Origin: Podarcis gaigeae
Lineage: Eukaryota
DNA length: 64,000 bases
NCBI GenBank assembly: GCA_964106915.2
Contig: OZ066916.1
Reading direction: 5' to 3' (one strand)
Numbering within the stretch: position 1 is the stretch's first letter; every line of letters starts with the position of its first letter. The notes under the pieces were generated by a model, which worked only from the letters and a program-made list of their open reading frames with translations, was not told the DNA's origin and did not search any database. Below are positions 24,101 through 38,215 of this stretch, piece by piece. The position numbers were made by a program, and so were the translations under genes.

Positions 24101-27100
24101 TTGAGATGTTTAGAAAATAATTTATTATTTAGGTTCTGTTTAGGTGGCTGAAGGATCCCCAGTATCATAGTGTTTTATGCCTAGATGCATATTTTGCTTC
24201 TCTACTTGGTTTCAAACTCAGCGTGTCCTGAACCTGAGGCAAAATGCTTCAATAAAAATCCTCACATACCTGTATGTAAGAGGTGTATGGTTTTCTGTGA
24301 CTTGTCCTCTTGCATCCACCTACATCTAAAATCCGTGTGCACACTTTGGAGAAGTCTCTCATTGTATTTTCAGCTAAGGGAGCTGCCATGTTTGGGTTAT
24401 GAACATGTTGTATATGAAAAAATTATAAACAGAACCAGTAATAAGCAAAACTACAAAATTTTGAAAAGCTATCTGCCAGTGTTTCTACTTATTCTTAAAA
24501 TGGACAAAAATAAAAAAGGCTGTTTTGTTAAGTCCTGTGTTGCTTCCTAGGCAAAGTATAAGGAATATTTACAGCATTGCATAGTTTGTCACATTATAGT
24601 ATCCATGTTTCCAAAACAAGCATGGAAAGCTTATTTTTAAAAGGCAGAAACATTTCTTATTTTCACCTAGTCAGTGTAATAAATACATTTAAAATTTCAT
24701 TAGACAGGTGCATCCATGATGGATCCAAATCACTTCCTGATGATAATGCTGAGTCGCTTTGAACTTTATCAGATATTTAGTACTCCGGATTATGGCAAAA
24801 GATTCAGTTCTGAAAACTCCAATAAGGTAAGCTATGAGCTGTTGAAAGTTATGCATCATTTAAAAAAATGCTGCAAATGGATTACTGTACATTAGACTTA
24901 TTTTATAATAAGAAATCTATGGCATATTTTTAAAACTTTTCCTCATACAATGACTGCATTCACGTGTAATGCTATACTGTAGTTCTGCTATAGACAAGCA
25001 AACCAGCTGTGACTGGTTTCTCCAAAGCTTGGTTTGTTTTCCATCTCTTCTTGCCTCGTGCTTCTATAGCTTGACACATGTCTGGAGTGGTATAAGCAAG
25101 CGAAGTTTGGTTAAGCAAGACTGTTCCATTCAGACATAGAGTCAAACCATAGTGTGTATGGTTTTGTGTCATGCTTACCAGAAAATGAACCATGGTTAGT
25201 CTGCTGGCCTGGGTTTGGATGTTCAGACAAACTCTACTTTGCCTATACAGTCACGGCTGAACGTTCTGTGTAAACTAGGCCACTGAATATATTTTTCCTT
25301 TTCTTTCAGGATGTGGTTCAACAAAATAATACACTTATTGAAGAAATGTTGTACCTAATTATAATTATTGTTGGTAAGTTTGTTGTCTCTTTCAGTTTAT
25401 GTGTTATGGATTGAATGGGTTTGGAAACCAGGAGTGTGCACTGACCACAAAATAATGGTTTGGATCCCAATTCAGCACTTCAGAAATCAGTTTGCCTTAA
25501 CCTGAATCAATTTGTAGCTGGCCAGTTCAGCTAAGTTCCACCTGAGACCTGCTCCATTCCTCTGCTGTTCACTAGTGGGAAATGAAAAAAAAATGCCTTT
25601 AACTTCTTTCTTTTTGACAGAACTAGGTGAAATTTACAGGCAACCTCCAGAGAATATGATACCCACTGTATTACAGAAAATAAGTTTAGGAGCTTTCATG
25701 TTGGGTACTATAAAAAAAAAATATTTTGAAAATGTCTTAACTGTTTTTGGGTGGAATTGAAAGAAATTTGTAGACAAGTCACCCATTTAGAAGGCAAATA
25801 TTGTGCCAAACTTCAGAAGCTCAGCTGAAGGGGTAGCCATTACAGTTTTAGGGTATGCAAAAAACCCCACACCCCTAACTTAACCTTCCCTAGTGGTTTG
25901 TGGGCAATTGCTCTAAAAATTGGAGACTCAGGGGAAGTGTCCTTTGGTAAGATGAATGTCAAATTGGAGACAACCAGGTCCAAGGACTTCTGTGCTAGGC
26001 ATCTTTTTAAAAGTTGATTTGGCAATGGGAAGAACTAAAAGGGATTTGCTTTCTGGGAAGATAATTCCTTCTGATTACAAGCCTGACCTATCAAGTCACT
26101 ATGGAACCCTTGGTGTTCTTCACCGCTCTGGGGTTTGCTCTCTCATCAGCCCACCCTGTCAGTATGGTAAGCTTAGATGCATTGCTTTTAATTTCAGCAA
26201 GCCCTTGTCTGCAGCATTTTTCTTCTGTGCATAATCTGCATAGTGGCTTAATGTGTCTTTATCCAGCCAGGCAGAAAACATAATATATGAATGGTAAATA
26301 AAAGGAATTGATCCCTGTTTGCTGTAATTATGGATTTATTTTGCAGGAGAGAGATTTATCCCTGGTGTTGGACAAGTCACTGCTACAGATGAAATCAAGA
26401 GGGAGATCATCCATCAACTGAGCATCAGGCCCATGGCACACAGTGAATTAGTAAAAGCATTGCCTGAAGATGTGAGAATCACTAAAAATACATTCAGTGC
26501 AGTAGATGAAAGAACTTTTGGAATTGTGATTGGCTTCTGTGGAGACGGGAGGAGAGGTTCAGTTTTCATGGCAGGCGTAGAGAAAATTGTTCCTATCGGA
26601 CACACTGTCTTTCTAGCCAATAGGCTTTTGTGTTCTTCTTTGACTCTTTCCTATAATTTAATGCTGCCTAGAAATCTATCAATACCGTATGTTAAACTTT
26701 CTCAGCAACTTGAAGTCATTTTGCTGCTGTTGGGAGTGCAGACGTGGTGAGAAAGCTTGCAACGCCATGAGGGGGAAATGGATGTTTGGTGAGGGGTGTG
26801 TGCAGAAGCATGGATAGAGCTAGTCGTCAAATTGTTTTGTATCTGCATTGCTGCATCCTAACAGGGTAATATATATAGCGGTGAGCTATGGCCGCTGTGG
26901 AAGACCAAACAACAGGAAAGTGGGCAACCAGAACAGAAATTGTGGTATCCCACCACATTTGCAAGTTAGGATAGAGAGCATGATCCTGAGATAGGACCAA
27001 AGTATCCTTTCAGATTGATAAATTTTGATGATTATTATAGATATACCAGTGTTCTAGTGGAAATATTTGGGAAGTAGTTACTAGTCATAGGCATATCCAG

Positions 27101-30100
27101 TGATTTTCTGTTCCTTTTTAAAATTATGCAGGAGAACAAGGAGACTGGAATGGAAAGTGTGATCGAAGCAGTTGCCTGTTTCAAGTAATGTCCTTTCTGC
27201 AATCGTCTTTCTAAATGTGTAAAATAACAACAAAGCATAGCCTTCTTGTTTGTTTGTTTGTTTGTTTGTTTGTTTGTTTGTTTGTTTGTTTTTTCAGTTT
27301 CTTCATAATGAGTTACCAGGATGGGTTACACAATTTAAAAATACATCATCATGCAGCAGATTGCTTAAGGCTATTCTTAACTGCATTCATAAGACAGTAA
27401 ATGCTTTGAATGAACTGTTCGCAACATACATACTGGCAAATCTAACAAGGTGCATAGGAACACTGTTTGCCAAAAGTAGTTGTTGACAAACAAACCCTTC
27501 TTTTTTTTAAAAAAAAATATGTATATACAAATTTGTGAAAGAAGGGTAACATCCAACATAGCCAGAGATACCATCCCACCTCAGGGCTTCTTCTTCTGGC
27601 AGGTTGGGGTTTCCCTTGAACATATTTTGGGGGTGAATGAAGGCTGGGGAAGGGAGAGGAGAAACCAACAGCAGAAGCAGATTTTAATTATACAAGCAAG
27701 TCACTGGATTTTGCTTAAAAAAAAATACATACAAAAAACTTCAAAAGGGTGTGCCATGTTAGCCTTTTGCAGGAAAAATTAAAATTAAAAGCTAACCAAT
27801 TAATTATGGTCTAAACCTTTGTGGATTAAAATCCATGTCATCAGATGTACTATTCTTCTGATGAAGTGGACCTCTAACCCTCAAAGGTTTTTGCCATAAT
27901 AAGTTTGTTCATTTTTAAGATGCTACAGGACTCTTTGTTATATAGAAGGAAATAAAAAGCAATAAGGAAGGAAGGAAGGAAGGAAGGAAGGAAGGAAGGA
28001 AGGAAGGAAGGAGTACTGTAAAGGGAAACAATAGCTGTCTCTCTTCCTGCCTACACACCTACCAGAAAGAAACTGTATATGAATCCCTTAAGAGAGTACT
28101 ACTGGTGCTTCTAGTGCAGTAGTTAAAAGGATAAAACAAGGCCTGAATAGGCTAGTATCCCTCGTTCTTGAGTTTTCAAAGGGCTTGCAATTTCATATAC
28201 ATGGAACCTTTTTAGAAGCAATGTTCAGTTATTAAGGTGTGAATTCTAAGTGTTCTGTTTGTGTTTTAGGAAACCAGGACTAACAGGCAGAGGATTGTAT
28301 GAGCTGAAACCTGAATGTGCTAAATACTTCAATTTATATTTCTATCATTTTTCAAGGGCAGAACAATCCAAGGTAACAATGAAATATAAATAAATTGTAT
28401 TTTCAAGGGCAGAGCAATCCAAGGTAACAATGAAATATAAATAAATTGTATTTTCAAGGGCAGAGCAATCCAAGGTAACAATGAAATATAAATAAATTGC
28501 AAATAGATAAATATAAATTAAATTCCAAAAGATAAGTTTACAGCAATAAATCAAACTTAATGAAATTCCTAACTTGTAACACTGACTGGAAGATCTCGTT
28601 TTCAGAACTAGAGATCTTCTGTCAAAGGTTTGAATGGGTTGCTCAAATCCATATGCAGAATTCAGCTTTGTTGCCTGCTTAAGTCCCTGGCCTCAAGCCT
28701 TTGAAGGGTCCTCATTTGTCTACCCGTTACTTGCCATCAGCACACAACAGTTCCTTTGCCTATGTGATGCTTTTGCCCAGGCCTCCTTTGTTTTTCTTAT
28801 TGCCCCTTCCATCCCATTTCCTTCAGACTTCTGCATTTAACTGGAAAAGGGAATTGAAAATATAAAGGTGTGGGTTGGAAAACCTAGCCCATACAAGCAC
28901 TTTTGGATTCCTGTTGATCCATCTGATATGACCAAATAATCTGATATTGTTTGATCTGCCAGTGGCCTGGCACTGAGTTTTGGCTGAACCACATTTCTGT
29001 TACCAGGAAAACCTTGAAAGTAATACTGGGAAATATCAAAAGATAAAGCTTCTTGCATATCACTACTTCTTGGAATTCATGCCTGGCAACAAAATGTAAA
29101 AACCCAGGTGTAAACAGGCCTGCTACAAAAATAAACAAAACTGCTAACAAATCAGTCTTTTATAACAATGAAGCCTGAGTCAGAGCTGCAGGATTATTGT
29201 AGCACTCAATGTAATGCAGAAAAATAGAAGAGGAAAGTAAATGGCAGTGTCTGTTAATTTTGCAGAAATAATATTGTTGCCTTCAGCATTTGGAAAATTA
29301 AAAATATACATATTTCTTTTTTTTTTATAAGGCGGAGGAAGCCCAAAGGAAAATAAGACGACAAAACCGGGAAGATACAGGTACCTGTCTTGCTAGTGTA
29401 CGAGGGTATCCTCAGTTGTTTCTGCTTTTTAAAATGTCATCAAAAATCAAGTTGGTACTGAGCTTGATTCAAGATTTAAGAAATTTGCATCAATGTGTAC
29501 ATTCTTGCAAAAAAAAAAGTTTGAAATTTTCCTACTTGTAACGAACGGATTATAGAAAATGAAGGCTATGGAAAGACTTCCCTTGAGATTTGCAAAAACA
29601 AATACTGCACATCAGAATGGTGTGGCTTCTCCTTCATACCTTGGATCCTTTGCTCTCCAGTATTGTTTGGATAGTTGAAATCCCACGAAGTTCCTGTGTT
29701 AGTTCCACCAGCCCTTATAAGAAATGGAGAGGTGAGATGGAAACATTGCATTTGATCTGTGCCACATGATTTCATTCATCGGCAGTTCTTAGGAACAGCA
29801 TAGGATCCAGATACGGGAGAATGACAACAGAACTGCTTTTCTCTAAGATCAGGAAATAGGCTGCAGTCTTATACCCACTTAACCTGAGAGTAAACCCCAC
29901 TAAACTCAGTAAGTAGATGTTCTTGAAAGAACAAAAACTCCCGATGTCTTTTTGTCATCTTGAAAGACTCCATGACATATTCTTAAATATTTCATGCACA
30001 TTACAAAGTTTGCTGCAGCAGGGCTATACAATATTTCATTAATTTATTTCTGTTTCAGCTCTCCCACCTCCTGTTCTACCTCCATTCTGCCCTCTGTTTG

Positions 30101-33100
30101 AAAGCCTGATCAATATTCTGCAGTGTGACGTCATGTTGTGCATTATGAGGACGATACTGCAATGGGCAGTAGAGCATAATGGCTATGCCTGGTCGGAGTC
30201 CATGCTTCAAAGGGTGTGTTTCAGCTTTAAACTCCAGCTGTTGTTAATTCACTTATAAATATTAGCAAATTGTATAGAAAGCTTTTTCTAGAAATACAAA
30301 CTTTAAATATGTTAATTTTTGCTTAGGTTCTGCACTTGACTGGAATGGCCCTTCAAGAAGAAAAACAACACATTGAGAATGCTGATGAAGATAATGTAAT
30401 AACATTTACTTTCAGTCAGAAGATCTCAAGTAGGTTGATAGTTGTATATGCATTGCCACCTTTGATTTTTCCCATAGTACCTCTGTTTATGCTCTTCTAA
30501 AATAACTGCATGTGAAAAACTATTTATTAAACATGATAATGGAACTAACTTCAATGCTGCATTTCTTTAAGAAAATGCATACTTACTATTTCACTAGTGC
30601 AAAAGTGAACAAGAATAATATGTCTGTTTTTTCATGTGTTGTGACAGAAGCATTGCTGTGTTTGTATGCAACAATAAGCCAGATTTTCTGGCTTATCATG
30701 GTTTTCTGTACATGAACAATGGGCTCCTGTGGGCTGCCCAATTGCTTCACTTGTCCCCTGATGTGAGCAAGGTAAAAAAGCCAGAGTTTTCCATTTCATC
30801 CAAACTGGGATGTAATGCTGTTCCCTAACAAGTCACCAGGCAACCTTGAATCATGGTTTGTTGGCCTGCTGATTGTAATTTGCTAGGGAGCAACAAACCA
30901 TTATTTCCTCTGGCATAATGGGAAGCCAAGGCTTCCAGGTTTGTTTATCTTGCTCTTATAGGAAGAAATGAAGCAGGAATGATCAGGCCACAGGCACCAA
31001 CAAACCACTCACTGACAGCACAATATTATGCAAATAGGGCCCTTATGTTTATTACCATCCTTAATTTGCCATTCTGCCAGTTTGACATCAAAGGCAACTT
31101 GCAGGTACCAGACCTGTAAAACTAAAACACAAGAATAAAATTATACAAAGCACAGCATCTTATTGTATACAGTGGTTTACGAACTTAATAGATTCCGGAA
31201 GTCCATTCTTAAACCAAAACCATTCTTAAACTGAGGCATGCTTTCTGTAATGCAGCCTCCCGCTGCTGGTGCCCTTCCACCGTTCGGATACCGTTCTTAG
31301 ACCAAGGTAAAGTTCTCAAACCAAGACACTATTTCCGGTTTTGTGGAGTTTGTAAACCAAATCGTTCTTAAGCTGGACTGTTCTTAAACCAAGGTACCAC
31401 TGTATATGAATTCTTATTTCCTTTTGGGTAAAATTTAGTGTAATGTGAGCAGAAAATCTGTTTAGGAGGGATCCCTATCCTTCCAGAGCAAATTTTGAGG
31501 GCACATGGGAGGCGAGGGAAGGTGAAGTCCCATTGTGTAAGAGGAAATCCATTCTGCTCACAAATGGACAAATTTGGATACACCCCTTTGTCTTTATGCC
31601 CAAGGGGTGCTTTACACACTGTTGGTTTTTAATAAGGAAACCTATTTTTTGTATGCTTCTGATAAATATGGCACTGTATTTGACTCATGCACATAAATCA
31701 GGGAACAGATTGTCTGTGGCTCCCTGTGTAAAATGTACATTTGCCTCTGTGTAATGTTTGGACACTGTTCTCGAAGCTATGAACATGAGTTTGACCACGC
31801 TGCGGGAGGCAGTGGAAGACAGGAGTGTCTGGCGTGCTCTGGTCCATGGGGTCACGAAGAGTCGGACACGACTATACAACAACAATGTTTGAAATGGTCT
31901 TCAGTTCCTCTGCTCTAATAATAATTTAAACTATTGATAAATTTTGCAATTCAGTGGGGGGAAGCTTGAATGTAGGGGAAATGCACCACTTTCCTGGGAT
32001 AGGATTTAAAAACATGTATCCTGTAAGTAGATACAGTTCCACTATACTGAATTTAAGCTAACATGATGGAGTCAAACAAATAGAGCAAATGTGTATAGTA
32101 AGTTGTTGTTGTTTCCTCTTACCCTTGTTTGAAACAGGGCCTGGTGAGACACCCCGCAATTCCCCAAGTATATTAGCAATGCTAGAAACTTTGCAAAATG
32201 CACCGCACCTGGAAGTCCACAAGGATATGATCAGATGGATACTAAAGGTAAATTGTGCTCCATTTTATCTACATCTTTATGAGTAACAGAGGAATGTTAC
32301 AATATTTAAATTGCAAACAATATGAATTTCCTTGTTCCAGACTTTTAATGCTGTTAAGAAGCTCAGAGAGAGATCTTCTGCAAGTCCTGTATCAGAGACA
32401 GAGGGAAATATTATGGAAGAGGTAAAAATAAAACCATTGAGTACTTAACTTAGTATTGACCATTCATTAAATACACTTATATCTTAATGGGCAGATTTAG
32501 GGGAATTTGTAGTGGGGGGAGGAGTTTATCTTACCCATGTTGATGGGGAACCTGTGCCCTAAGGGCCTAATTGGCAGTAGTAGTAAGTGGGGCAACTGTT
32601 GCCTAGCAGAAGGTAAAGAGGGAGGGAAAGGTCAGCTTGGTGTATATGCACCAGTGGAGCCATTCCGATGCTCCTGGTGCATTAGCACTGCACCAGCCTT
32701 GCCACTGCCTTGCCCCTACACCTCCTGATAAGCAGAAGCAACACAGGCAATGGGGTCAGATGAACACCCCCCCCCCCCGGCAACTGTAACTGCTAGTTAG
32801 GCCTGACACAGATACATATTTGGCTCATGAGGCCATTTCTCATAAACTACATCCACATATCCCACAGCTGGCATAATATTTGTCGTCAGGTGTGGGGCAA
32901 GTACAGAAAATTTGGCTTATTTTGCGCGGGGTTTTTTTTATAATGTCAAGACACTCGTAAATTGTGGAATCCATGCATAAACGAAGATCAGTTAAAATCT
33001 GCTGTGTTTGTTAACATTAACAACTTTGTAGAGCACACGAGATAAAGAAAAGGCCGAGAGAAAGAGAAAAGCCGAGATTGCCAGGCTGCGCAGAGAGAAG

Positions 33101-36100
33101 ATCATGGCACAGATGTCTGAGATGCAGCGACACTTCATTGATGAGAACAAAGAGCTCTTCCAGCAGACTATGGATGAACTTGAAACTTCTACCTCCAGAG
33201 TGCATGATAATAGGTAAGATGAAAGTGACAAGCAGTGTCTCTCCCTTTGTAGTACACACTTCACTTTGTCATTGTGCAACGGCATTTTCACTCCAGCCGG
33301 TGTTTATAATTTCTTAAGCTTGGATCCTAAGAGTGTCATGTGCAAACAGAAGAGTTTCCAATCCAGTGGAGGAGGATGCTGGAAGAAGGACAGGAGAGGA
33401 GGGAGCCCTTAAACATCCACAATCACTTCTACCAAAATAATATGGGATGTGCTTGTGTATGCTATGTGCTTTGATTCTAAACGCTTTCAAGAGTGCTGCT
33501 TTTAACTGTGACACTATGGAGAGCTCCTTAGATTTATTTATTTTTTAAAAAAGTAGGACTCTTCTTAAAGTTTTCTTCAGGCATATGCTGCATCGTACCC
33601 AAATTAAAATGTTTGCATTGGCAGCTGCATACGATGAACTGAACTATTGCCTTAGTTTGGAAAACATTCCAGTGAAATACTTACTAATATCATTTGATTC
33701 TAGTCCTTCAGTTTCAGATACCAAGCTTACAGCTTTGGGTCCTGAGCAAACGAAAGTGACTGCACAGAGGCAAGTTGTTACCTGTATCTTATGCCAAGAA
33801 GAACAGGAGGTTAAGGTGGATAACAGAGCCATGGTGCTGGCAGCATTTGTTCAAAGATCGACAGTCTTGTCTAAAAACAGAAGTAAAGTGATTCCAGATC
33901 CTGGTAAGTAGAGGCAATATTGTGATACTGGATATCCATCTTTGTCGTTGTATGTGATTTCGGTAGCGCTCCTAGAATTGAATAATAATTAGGAAGATTC
34001 TGTTCAACATATGTATTTATATACTGTAGTTTTAATTCTATTAATGTTCAATTGTTTTTAATGGATGTTTTTTCTGTGCTTTTGGTGATTCTTGCTTTTA
34101 TCTGTAAGCCATCCTGAGCCACATCAGGGGAAAAGGCAGGGTGTAAATAAATATATCATCATCATCAAATATTTAAAATCACCCTGGTTCTAGCGTAATG
34201 CAGAGGCCTTGGGCCACCAGGATTTTCCCAGTGGCTAAGTATAGTGCACGTGTATTAGCCATCAGCTACGTGGGAAATAAATTTTAAATAATTCTTTGAT
34301 TTAAGATGTTAATTCCTTAATAATGTAAAAGTATTTTCAAAATCGATGTGAGTAAAATTGGCAGTTTTTCCTTCTAATGTTTTTCTTAAAATGTCTTTAC
34401 ATGCAGAAAAATATGATCCATTGTTCATGCACCCGGACCTGTCATGTGGAACATACACTGGTAGCTGTGGACACATTATGCATGCCCACTGCTGGCAAAG
34501 GTAACTTTCATTTTAAACGTTTAAGAGATGTCAGTTTAGCGCACAGTTTTCCCTCTGTGGTCTGATGCACTTGGCTAAGTATTCATGTACTGCCACTCAA
34601 GTAATTCATGATGTCCCTGCCTGAGAAGTTGATCTCCCTTTTGATCATCTTCGAGTCCATGGCTGCATGTTACAGGCCTCATAATGTTTTGGCTCTACGT
34701 ATAGTGCATATCTGCAGACTGATCAGAAGGTCAGGTGAAGATTAGGGTCACTTTGGGCAGCAGACTGCCTACCTGTTAATGGGGCAGAGAAGAATTTTGA
34801 AACACTGGTTTTATTTTATAACAAATCTCTAACAGGAACAAAGCTTAGGAGCAAGAATTGGATGAAGGGAAGAAAAGGAAATTGACTGACCAATCCAAGA
34901 GCAAATAAAAGCATTTTACCTATAACCACCCAACAGAAGAATGTTTAAATTTTCTTTGTACAAAAAAGTTTCTGTAGTAAACTCCGTTTTGTCTCTATAT
35001 ATTTTAACATTTTGAAGACAAATGTAAAGTATGGCTGAGAGAACACTACATCTTCAAAAAAAAGGCTGCAACTTCACTGTTCATAAGCCCGAAATAAATT
35101 GTGTTGCTTGCATAAGAAAAATTAAATTGGGTAAAGAACATTTGCACTCCGTGCCTCACTATTTCCTTTATTCCTCTAACTCTGGTGAAAGGAAACTCGT
35201 GTGTTTTATCATCATTCTTCCCAAGTATGCATGCATTCCCCAAGCATATACTAATGTTAGGTTATGTATGCCCAGCTGTTTTTGACCTTGCTCATTGAGC
35301 TTATTTCTGAAGACGTGCCCAAATGGAAAGGTTTCGTTGCAGTGAATTCCCATTTTGAGACATGCTTCCTGCTGGTGATACTATTCTTGTATTGAAGTGT
35401 CCCATAATTGAGAGGTTCTGTATGCTGCATTTGGCTGGCCAGTACTGCAAGCCTTCTAACAAAGACTTGACACACTGGAGAAGATGTCTTTTGTGTTGAT
35501 GAAGGCAGCAAAGTAGCGTTCAGTGGTATCTTGTGGAATTCATTTTGCAAAGCTTTAACTTATGCTTCTTCCCAAAGGTATTTTGACGCCGTACAAGCCA
35601 AAGAGCAAAGGCGACAACAAAGATTACGTGTGCACACAAGTTACGATGTAGAAAATGGTGAATTCCTTTGTCCCCTTTGTGAATGTTTAAGCAACACGGT
35701 CATCCCTCTACTTCCTCCCCCAAGGAGTTTGTTTAACAGGTCAGTTACCCTTTCTTAGCTACTCTGTTGGTTTGATTAAAAAAACCTAGTACTACTTTCC
35801 TGAAGGATGGGGGGGACCACCCAGAACTGATTTTGAGGATTGGTCCCAAGAGCTGCAGGAAAGGGGGGGGGCGTAATAGAGGGGGAAATCACCTCTGTTA
35901 GTGGATGCCGCTTGTTTGTTCAAAAGATCTGGTGCAAGGGCACAAATTGGATGCAACTCCGGAGAGTGTCTGATAGATGCTGGGGGTGTGCTGTGTTCTC
36001 TTTAATGTTGGGAAAACATCAGGTATTCTTAATTTGACACCACAGCTTATTAAAGATTTTTGTGTGGTTATGAAATGCTTAGTAGTCTTGAAATCATTCA

Positions 36101-38155
36101 GGGTGTCTTAAGAATCCTAGGCCAATCATCCTGGCAATCTTACTCTCCTTTGAGGAGTATAGTTACAAGGGAATTTTCAGATAGGTATAGAAATGTATGT
36201 GTATAAATGTATATGCATATGTATACATTTATAGAAAAATAATATGTAAACAGCAAAGCCAAAGAGGGTATCATTTGGTATTAATGCCTGCTTTTTATTG
36301 TTTTTGTCTGTGTTATAGTAGCCTTGTATTTTTAACTTATTACCTTCTGGGCTGTGTTACATTTTAAACATGTGTAGTGGGAGAAAACAGACTGTATTGA
36401 TTGCAGACTAGATGGGTAGATTGAAGCCTGCGGACACATTCGAGTTCAAGAGTTTTATGATGAAGTGCTGCTGCAATTGTCAGAACTATTAAGCCATGAA
36501 GTTGTATCGGTGTTGTCAGCAGAATACTTCTGCTCCCACAACTGGACTTCCCCTTCCTTTCCTCTCTCCAGGATTCCCCACTCCATGCACTCTCAAAACC
36601 TGCCCCAGAGGGTTGGGGAAGACTGTGAAGCAGATCCTGGCAACACACAGGGACTGCAGCAGGGAGGAGAGGGAGGAGAAGTCCCATTGCATTAGCACAA
36701 CTCCCTTTACACAGCTTTCGGATACAACCATATATATTTAGAAGCCTATTATATTTTAAAAGCATTTTATCTTAATGTTTAAAAAATGTTGTCCATTAAG
36801 GGCAACATTAATACTTTATGTTGTCACAGATTACTGAGATATCTCTTAACATACTAGTCCTAACGTATCAATGGTGCTCTGTTGTAAAAGTTGTGCATGC
36901 TTTCAGCTTGTTTTGGTTTGCCCTAGCAAAAGTTGCAAAAGATTGGCAAAGCAAAGTCGCACGTGGCAAAACCTTAGCGCTGATAGGTAAACATCAGTAA
37001 TCATATGCTTAATAGGTCAGAGAGCTGCATTAAAAGATTTGCTGTGCCAGAGTAGAATCCGTCACACTCGCCCTCTAATCCTCATGACATAGTTGTTGTT
37101 TGTCTTCTTCTGTTGAATGCTGGCTTCTGCATGATGGCCACAGGAAATACTTTTGGAGAAACTGAGACTAAGTCTCCTGAGGAAACAGCTCTTAACATAA
37201 TCCATTTGATTTCTGATAGTAATTGTGGCAATCACATAGGGTCCCCGGATGTTTAATGGTCTATTGATCCCTGTGCCGCCGCTGCCACCAACCCATTACT
37301 CCAGTGTTTCCCAACCTTGTGCCTCCAGATGTTTTTGGCCTACAACTCCCATCATCCCTAGCTAGCAAGACCAGTGGTCAGGGATGATGGGAGTTGTAGG
37401 CCAAAAACATCTGGAGGCACAAGGTTGGGAAACACTGCATTACTCTCTGGTAAAACACTGAGTCCAGACAGTTGTTAAAAGTGAACCAAAAAACAAGTTT
37501 ATTTTACAAACATTAACAAGTTTATGGTTTCTCAGATAATATTCCTGTCAGTATCTTAACTTTAGTTTCTTTAACGGCCTATACCTTCCTAATACCTTCT
37601 GCCTGATTATCTCAACTGTTTGACTGACTCCTCTTAACAAATTCTCTCACTCTCTCACACCAGACTAGCCAACCCACAGACTTACCTTCTCTGTCTCTTC
37701 TAACTCCAGACTGTCTTCTCAACCACCCTAACTCTAACTCTCTCTCCAAAAAACCCCTCTGTGCTTAAACCTTATACACAGTTAACTCTGCCCCTTGGGT
37801 TCTCATTGGTTAGTCATTTTACAATTAGTTAACCCTTTCCTTATGAACCCAGTATGATGTCACACACCTAGGAGGGCAAACGCCACAGTAATCCATTGTG
37901 TTTGCTGCCTCCAAGTCTGAGATACAACATGTTTAACAACTAGTAGTGGTGGTTCAGAGAAAAAAAATGGATTAGATTCAGACCTGCTGTGACTTGGATC
38001 TAGCAGATACACCCACTGGAGAAAGGAGAGGAGCATTTTATTTTATTTTTGCTATTCCCTTTCCTGCACCACCTTCCATCTTGTTCCATAGTATGGCACC
38101 CATCTGCAGGAAGCATGGGGGTCTTCAGGGCAAAGGGGGAATTGGCAAAAATCAA

Positions 38156-38215
<60 letters not shown>

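Noticed and set aside
27002-27011. gtatcctttc, resembling a U12-type 5' splice site
   Set aside because: Lies mid-intron 21 with no adjacent exon; all mapped introns are ordinary GT-AG.
28349-28499. CRISPR-like array
   Set aside because: Eukaryotic tandem repeat without unique spacers.
28345-28554. Minus-strand ORF with repeated [15 protein letters not shown]
   Set aside because: Just the translation of the 51-bp tandem repeat.
36420-36695. Open frame in intron 32 ([20 protein letters not shown]...) as a possible extra UBR2 exon
   Set aside because: No polypyrimidine tract or clear donor, no recognisable homology, and exons 32 and 33 already join in frame.
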